DNA of 12,623 bases, taken from Candidatus Hydrogenedentota bacterium. Its GTDB lineage: Bacteria; Hydrogenedentota; Hydrogenedentia; Hydrogenedentales; GCA-2746185. Numbering within the stretch: the first letter of the stretch is position 1; each line of letters begins with the position of its first letter. The position numbers and the translations under genes were made by a program. The notes beneath the pieces were generated by a model, which had not been told where the DNA came from, ran no database searches, and saw nothing but the letters and a program-made list of their open reading frames with translations. Positions 8,626 to 12,623 of this stretch are shown piece after piece. The stretch covers positions 1 to 12,623 of the forward strand of contig JAYGCN010000319.1 of NCBI GenBank assembly GCA_046583315.1, in the 5' to 3' direction.

Positions 8626-8794
8626 CCCTTCTTTTCTTTCTGAGAAGAAAGGTCCTGTCGGACGGTAAATAAAGCGAAAGAAAGACTGACGGATACCGCG
8701 TATCCTCAATAAGACATCGGGAGGTTCTATTGGAAATACGAAGTATTTCTTGGTTTCTTTTGGTTCTACCTTTTCTTATCAAAGAAAAGGTAGA
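8626..8794. repeat. AT-rich intergenic cluster of inverted repeats (REP/MITE-like or structured element)
   Basis: Imperfect pyrimidine/purine hairpin at 8626-8652. GGATAC-CGC-GTATCC at 8691-8705. GAAATAC-GAA-GTATTTC at 8733-8749. Perfect 13-bp stem TCTACCTTTTCTT-ATCA-AAGAAAAGGTAGA at 8765-8794. A hand count gives about 39% GC for 8631-8790, lower than the flanking genes. Confidence 0.6.
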
Positions 8795-8799
8795 GGTGG

Positions 8800-9792
8800 C
8801 TAGGCGGTTTTTCTATGCCGTAGGCCATCCAGCCCTACGGCCAGAATGATGATGGAGCCGATGACGATATTCTGTACGTAGTTGGGGATGCCGACCATGT
8901 TGCAGCCGTTGCGCAGGATGGCCATGATGAGTGCGCCTGCGACTGAACCGACGACGCTGCCTTCTCCGCCGCTGAGCGATCCGCCGCCGATGACGACTGC
9001 CGCGATGATATCGAGTTCCATACCGACGGCCGCCGTGGGATCGCCAAGAGTCAGGTTCGAGAATTGCAAAACGCTCGCCATGCCGGTGAGGCCACCGCAC
9101 AGGGAGTAGATGGCGATGCGTTTTCGTTTGACGTTGATGCCGCAGAGACGCGCGGCGTCTTCATTGGATCCAATCGCGTAGACGTGACGTCCGAAGACCG
9201 TGTACTTCAACAAGACATAGACGAGCACGAGCAACACGAGCGCGACCCAGACGCCTGGCGCAATCGAGTACCACACGCCGAAGCTGGGTTCCGTGACCAT
9301 GACGTCATTGAGCCAACTTTTTGGTGCCATAACGGTGGCTTGATCCGCGATGCCCTTGGCGACGCCGCGCGCGATTTGCATGATGCCGAGTGTGACGATG
9401 AAAGGCACAATGCGGAACCAGGAGACGATTGAGCCGCTGATGAATCCACAGAACGCACACACCATTACCGCTGCGCCACCAGCCAGTATGGGGAGAAATA
9501 TTCCGGTCTCATCATCTCCGTATCTCCTTAGTATCAAAGCAGTTACAACGGTCCCCAGGGCGATTAACGATCCCACCGAAAGATCAATTCCCCCAGCAAT
9601 AATCACCAAGGTCATGCCCATCGCGCCCACCCCGATGATCACCGTTTGCGTCAGGATGGTCTTCGAATTGTAGAGGCTGTGAAATGAATCCGGCGCGGTC
9701 GACAGAAAAATAATGTAGACCAGCACGATACCGAACAACGGCCCGAGCATCGCGATTAGTTTCGCAATATTTGTTGTCGGCTTTACTGTCAT
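8800..9792 (-). CDS. Monosaccharide ABC transporter permease (RbsC-like, BPD_transp_2)
   Basis: 330 aa, highly hydrophobic. Motifs GMTLVIIAGGIDLSVGS, IVPFIVTLG, FGRHVYAIGSNEDAARLCGI (EAA-like loop) and ELDIIAAVVIGGGSLSGGEG. Confidence 0.93.
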   Translation of the reverse strand: MTVKPTTNIAKLIAMLGPLFGIVLVYIIFLSTAPDSFHSLYNSKTILTQTVIIGVGAMGMTLVIIAGGIDLSVGSLIALGTVVTALILRRYGDDETGIFLPILAGGAAVMVCAFCGFISGSIVSWFRIVPFIVTLGIMQIARGVAKGIADQATVMAPKSWLNDVMVTEPSFGVWYSIAPGVWVALVLLVLVYVLLKYTVFGRHVYAIGSNEDAARLCGINVKRKRIAIYSLCGGLTGMASVLQFSNLTLGDPTAAVGMELDIIAAVVIGGGSLSGGEGSVVGSVAGALIMAILRNGCNMVGIPNYVQNIVIGSIIILAVGLDGLRHRKTA

Positions 9793-9804
9793 TTCAATAA
9801 CTTC

Positions 9805-11304
9805 CTACACGCCTGAGGTGGCGATTTCCATGATTTCGTGTTCGGTCCAATCCGTTGCAGGTCTTGCTTCGCTGAGTTCACCTCGGTGCATGACGGCGAT
9901 GCGGTCGCACACGCCGAGTAACTCGGGCAAATACGACGACACGAAGACGATGCCTTTTCCGGATGCTGCGAGGCGGTTGATGAGTTTGTAGATTTCAATT
10001 TTACTGCCGACGTCCACGCCGCGGGTCGGTTCGTCGAGCAAGAGGATGTCGGCGTCTTGTTCGACGATGCGCGCGAAAGCAACTTTCTGCTGATTGCCGC
10101 CGGAGAGTTGATCGGTGATTTGCGAGGGTCCCTCGCATCGAATTCCGACGTCGGCGATACGTTGTTCAACCGCGTATGATTCGCGCCGCAACGAGAGCAA
10201 GCCGAATCCTTTGAGTGCCGCGTAACGGGACAAGGTGCCGAGCGTCGTGTTTGCGGAAATGCTCATGGTGGTCGCGAGCCCTTCTTCTTTACGATTCTCG
10301 CTGAGCAGATCGAGGCCGAGGGCGCGCGCGCGTTCGGGACTCAAAGCCGCGCATTTGAGCGTCTTTCCGGAGGCCCGTTCAACTGTGCCTGTCGTCGACT
10401 TATCGAGCCCGAAAAGACAGCGTAACATCTCGGTTCGGCCAGCACCCACGAGCCCTGCGATGCCCAGGATTTCGCCCCGATGCAGGGTGAACGACACATC
10501 AGATGGCGTCGTCGATCCAGACAAATGGTCCACTATCATTATTGATTCACCGATTTCAGTATCCCGTGGCGGGAACATTTCCGTCAACTCACGACCAACC
10601 ATATCGGCGATAATCTGGTCTATCGACGTGTCTTCGATTGCCCCTGAATCGACCACCATTCCATCACGCAGAATGGTATACCGGTCGGCAATTTCCATGA
10701 CCTCTTCCAGAAAATGGCTGATGTAGATGATTGTAATTCCGTTGTCTCGGAGGCGCGAAATGGCGGCAAACAATGCGCGGGTATCTGTAGCCGTCAATGA
10801 ACTTGTCGGCTCGTCCATGATGATCACTTTCGCGTTGCTCATGAGTGCGCGTGTGATTTCAACGACCTGTTGTAAACTGATGCTGAGTGAGCCAACTGGC
10901 ACGTCTAGGGGAAGGTCAGGATGGCCCACGAGTTGGAGTGCCTCCGCGATGGACTCCCGTTGATTCTGCACAAATCCGGCCTTTGATCGCTCAAGTCCAA
11001 GCGTCAGGTTTTCTTCCACCGTCATGTGCGAAGCAAGATTCAATTCCTGATAAATCATTGCGATGCCCAGTGCGCGACCCAAAGCGGGGTTCTGAATGGT
11101 GACCGATATTCCGTCGAGCGAAATTGATCCCGCGTCAGCCTGAATCGCGCCGCTTAAAACTTTCATCAACGTGCTCTTGCCCGCACCGTTTTCGCCGATG
11201 AGTGCGTGGACCTCTGCGTGCACGACATCAAGCGACACATCGGACAAAGCCTGCGTTGCGCCGTAGCGTTTTGAGATGCCCTCGAGCGTGAGCAGCGAAG
11301 CCAT
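9805..11304 (-). CDS. Monosaccharide ABC transporter ATP-binding protein (RbsA/MglA-like, tandem nucleotide-binding domains)
   Basis: 499 aa. Walker A GENGAGKS, IIMDEPT and YISH in the first half. Degenerate second Walker A GLVGAGRT, signature LSGGNQQK and LLDEPTRGVD in the second half. This is the CUT2 architecture. Confidence 0.95.
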   Translation of the reverse strand: MASLLTLEGISKRYGATQALSDVSLDVVHAEVHALIGENGAGKSTLMKVLSGAIQADAGSISLDGISVTIQNPALGRALGIAMIYQELNLASHMTVEENLTLGLERSKAGFVQNQRESIAEALQLVGHPDLPLDVPVGSLSISLQQVVEITRALMSNAKVIIMDEPTSSLTATDTRALFAAISRLRDNGITIIYISHFLEEVMEIADRYTILRDGMVVDSGAIEDTSIDQIIADMVGRELTEMFPPRDTEIGESIMIVDHLSGSTTPSDVSFTLHRGEILGIAGLVGAGRTEMLRCLFGLDKSTTGTVERASGKTLKCAALSPERARALGLDLLSENRKEEGLATTMSISANTTLGTLSRYAALKGFGLLSLRRESYAVEQRIADVGIRCEGPSQITDQLSGGNQQKVAFARIVEQDADILLLDEPTRGVDVGSKIEIYKLINRLAASGKGIVFVSSYLPELLGVCDRIAVMHRGELSEARPATDWTEHEIMEIATSGV

Positions 11305-11307
11305 CGT

Positions 11308-12285
11308 CTAGTTCAGCCACTTGTCCACGTCGGGATGAATGAGTTCTTTGATGGACTCGTCGTTCACATTGTCCGGCGTAATCATCTCGAGACGGGTTGG
11401 CAGTCGTTTCGGAACCTCCTCGCCGCGAATCGATGCGACGGCCATTTTCACGCCCTGGTAACCGATGTCGAAGGGGTCTTGTGAGACGAGTCCGACAATT
11501 TTTCCAGTAGCCATGCCTTCAAGCAGGGTATCGCTGGTGTCGAAGCCAACCAGCGCGATTTTGCCTGCCTTGCCACTGGTCTCCAGCGCCCGCATCATGC
11601 CGAATGTGGAGGATTCGTTTGCGCAGAAAACACCGTCCACGTCGGCAAATCGATTGAGTAAATTGGTAGAGGCCTGTATGCCTGTTTCTTTCGTAACACC
11701 CGCATATTGATTGGTCGAAATTAGTTCGATGTCCGGGAATTTTGAGGCCATTTCTTCGAGAAAACCCTCTTCACGGTTCGTCGTGCTGGCGGACCCCTCG
11801 GCATATCGAAGCAGAATGACTTTGCCCTTGCCACCGAGCACCTCGCCGAGTCTGCGCGCGCCCAGACGTCCGCCTTCCTTGTTGTCCGTGGCGACAAAAC
11901 TGACGTAGTTGTCGGTCTTCACTCCGGAGTCAATCACCACGACGGGGATATTGCGGCTCATGGCATTTTCGACCGGCCGCACGAGCGCATTTTCGTCTGT
12001 CGGTGCCAACACAATTGCGTCGACTTGCCGACTCACATAATTTTCAACAAGTTCAATTTGCTGTTTTCGGTCGCCTTCGTTTTCGGGACCAATCCAGATA
12101 ATTTCAACGCCTTCCTCCTGTCCCGCCTTCGCAGCACCAGCGTGGACGGTCTTCCAGAAAATATGCGCCGTGCCTTTCGGAATGACCGCGATGGTCAATC
12201 CGTCGTCGCCAGCGTCAGAACCGGATTCCGATCCACCGCAGCCTGCGATCGCGATAACCAAACATGACAGGAAGAACTTTTTCAT
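11308..12285 (-). CDS. Sugar ABC transporter substrate-binding lipoprotein (RbsB-like, Peripla_BP_4)
   Basis: MKKFFLSCLVIAIAGC lipobox. Motifs IAVIPKGTAHIFW, VDAIVLAP, IPVVVIDS, VATDN and VGFD. The ATG at 12285 has AAGGAG 7 nt upstream, so I prefer it over the GTG at 12291. Confidence 0.93.
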   Translation of the reverse strand: MKKFFLSCLVIAIAGCGGSESGSDAGDDGLTIAVIPKGTAHIFWKTVHAGAAKAGQEEGVEIIWIGPENEGDRKQQIELVENYVSRQVDAIVLAPTDENALVRPVENAMSRNIPVVVIDSGVKTDNYVSFVATDNKEGGRLGARRLGEVLGGKGKVILLRYAEGSASTTNREEGFLEEMASKFPDIELISTNQYAGVTKETGIQASTNLLNRFADVDGVFCANESSTFGMMRALETSGKAGKIALVGFDTSDTLLEGMATGKIVGLVSQDPFDIGYQGVKMAVASIRGEEVPKRLPTRLEMITPDNVNDESIKELIHPDVDKWLN

Positions 12286-12303
12286 CCTCACTCTCCTTGA
12301 ATT

Positions 12304-12623
12304 TTATGACGATACAGGCGTCACGCCTTTTTTGATAATGATGTTCGCGTAGGTATGCGTGTCGCCGGTTTGTACGATGGCGAATGATTCCTGGGCCCGT
12401 TCGTAGAATGCGAAGCGTTCGACCTGTTCGATCGGTGGTGTATTGGGCCAATGCGCGTCGATAACTTTCCGGTAGCTCGCTTCCACTTTGGGATCGGCAG
12501 TGTCGCCGTCGACCGGAGCCATCATGAAGACCGAATGATCCTCGTGCGTATCGAGCGCAAACAACGGTAGAATCGCCTCGAGCAGATCGGGAATCTGGAG
12601 TCCGTCCGCGCGAATGACCTCCA
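12304..12623 (-). CDS. fucU: RbsD/FucU-family sugar mutarotase (L-fucose mutarotase-like), 5'-truncated by the window edge
   Basis: The frame stays open to the window end and reads EVIRADGLQIPDLLEAILPLFALD...VERFAFYERAQESFAIVQTGDTHTYANIIIKKGV. The RADG, RFAFYERA and YANIIIKKGV motifs match FucU-type members. Confidence 0.85.
   Translation of the reverse strand, partial: EVIRADGLQIPDLLEAILPLFALDTHEDHSVFMMAPVDGDTADPKVEASYRKVIDAHWPNTPPIEQVERFAFYERAQESFAIVQTGDTHTYANIIIKKGVTPVSS

Noticed and set aside
8570..8782. 70-aa minus-strand ORF in the intergenic region
   Set aside because: It has a TTG start inside the 13-bp hairpin and no SD, its K/R-rich composition follows from the purine tracts, and it runs over the predicted promoter.
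8765..8794. Hairpin as a classical Rho-independent terminator
   Set aside because: The stem is A/T-rich and has no following U-tract on either strand (the minus strand continues ACCAAAAGAAA). I report it as a structured element instead.
9805..11304. Degenerate ABC motifs (LSISLQQ signature, GLVGAGRT Walker A) as signs of pseudogenisation
   Set aside because: One degenerate site is normal for tandem-domain CUT2 sugar ATPases such as RbsA and MglA.
245..12451. Numerous alternative-frame and antisense ORFs in the track (e.g. 1744-2280, 6282-6944, 9789-10169, 10235-10726)
   Set aside because: They overlap well-supported genes, show no recognisable motifs, and are expected shadow ORFs in GC-rich DNA.
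1..12623. CRISPR array, tRNA/rRNA, IS/transposase, prophage or defence genes
   Set aside because: I saw no regularly spaced direct repeats, RNA-gene signatures or matching protein motifs. Apart from short gaps, the window is accounted for by metabolic and transport genes.

Overview
GC-rich bacterial chromosomal window with 10 supportable protein-coding genes. I found no RNA genes, CRISPR array or transposase. On the + strand is the 3' part of an FAD-dependent oxidoreductase. Converging on it from the - strand, in transcription order, are: a FucU/RbsD-family sugar mutarotase (5'-truncated), a CUT2 monosaccharide ABC importer (lipoprotein binding protein, ATPase, permease), an AT-rich intergenic segment packed with hairpins, a secreted alpha/beta-hydrolase, a Planctomycete-type cytochrome c/DUF1549/DUF1553 protein paired with a Tat-exported DUF1501 protein, a Cys-type sulfatase, and a beta-lactamase-fold serine hydrolase. 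This gene content suggests Planctomycetota/PVC or a similar lineage such as Hydrogenedentota (inference). The most interesting items are the ~170-bp hairpin/possible triplex cassette at 8626-8794, the uncharacterised heme c/DUF1501/sulfatase periplasmic module, and a probable leaderless promoter for that module. No clearly new system is proven by the sequence alone.
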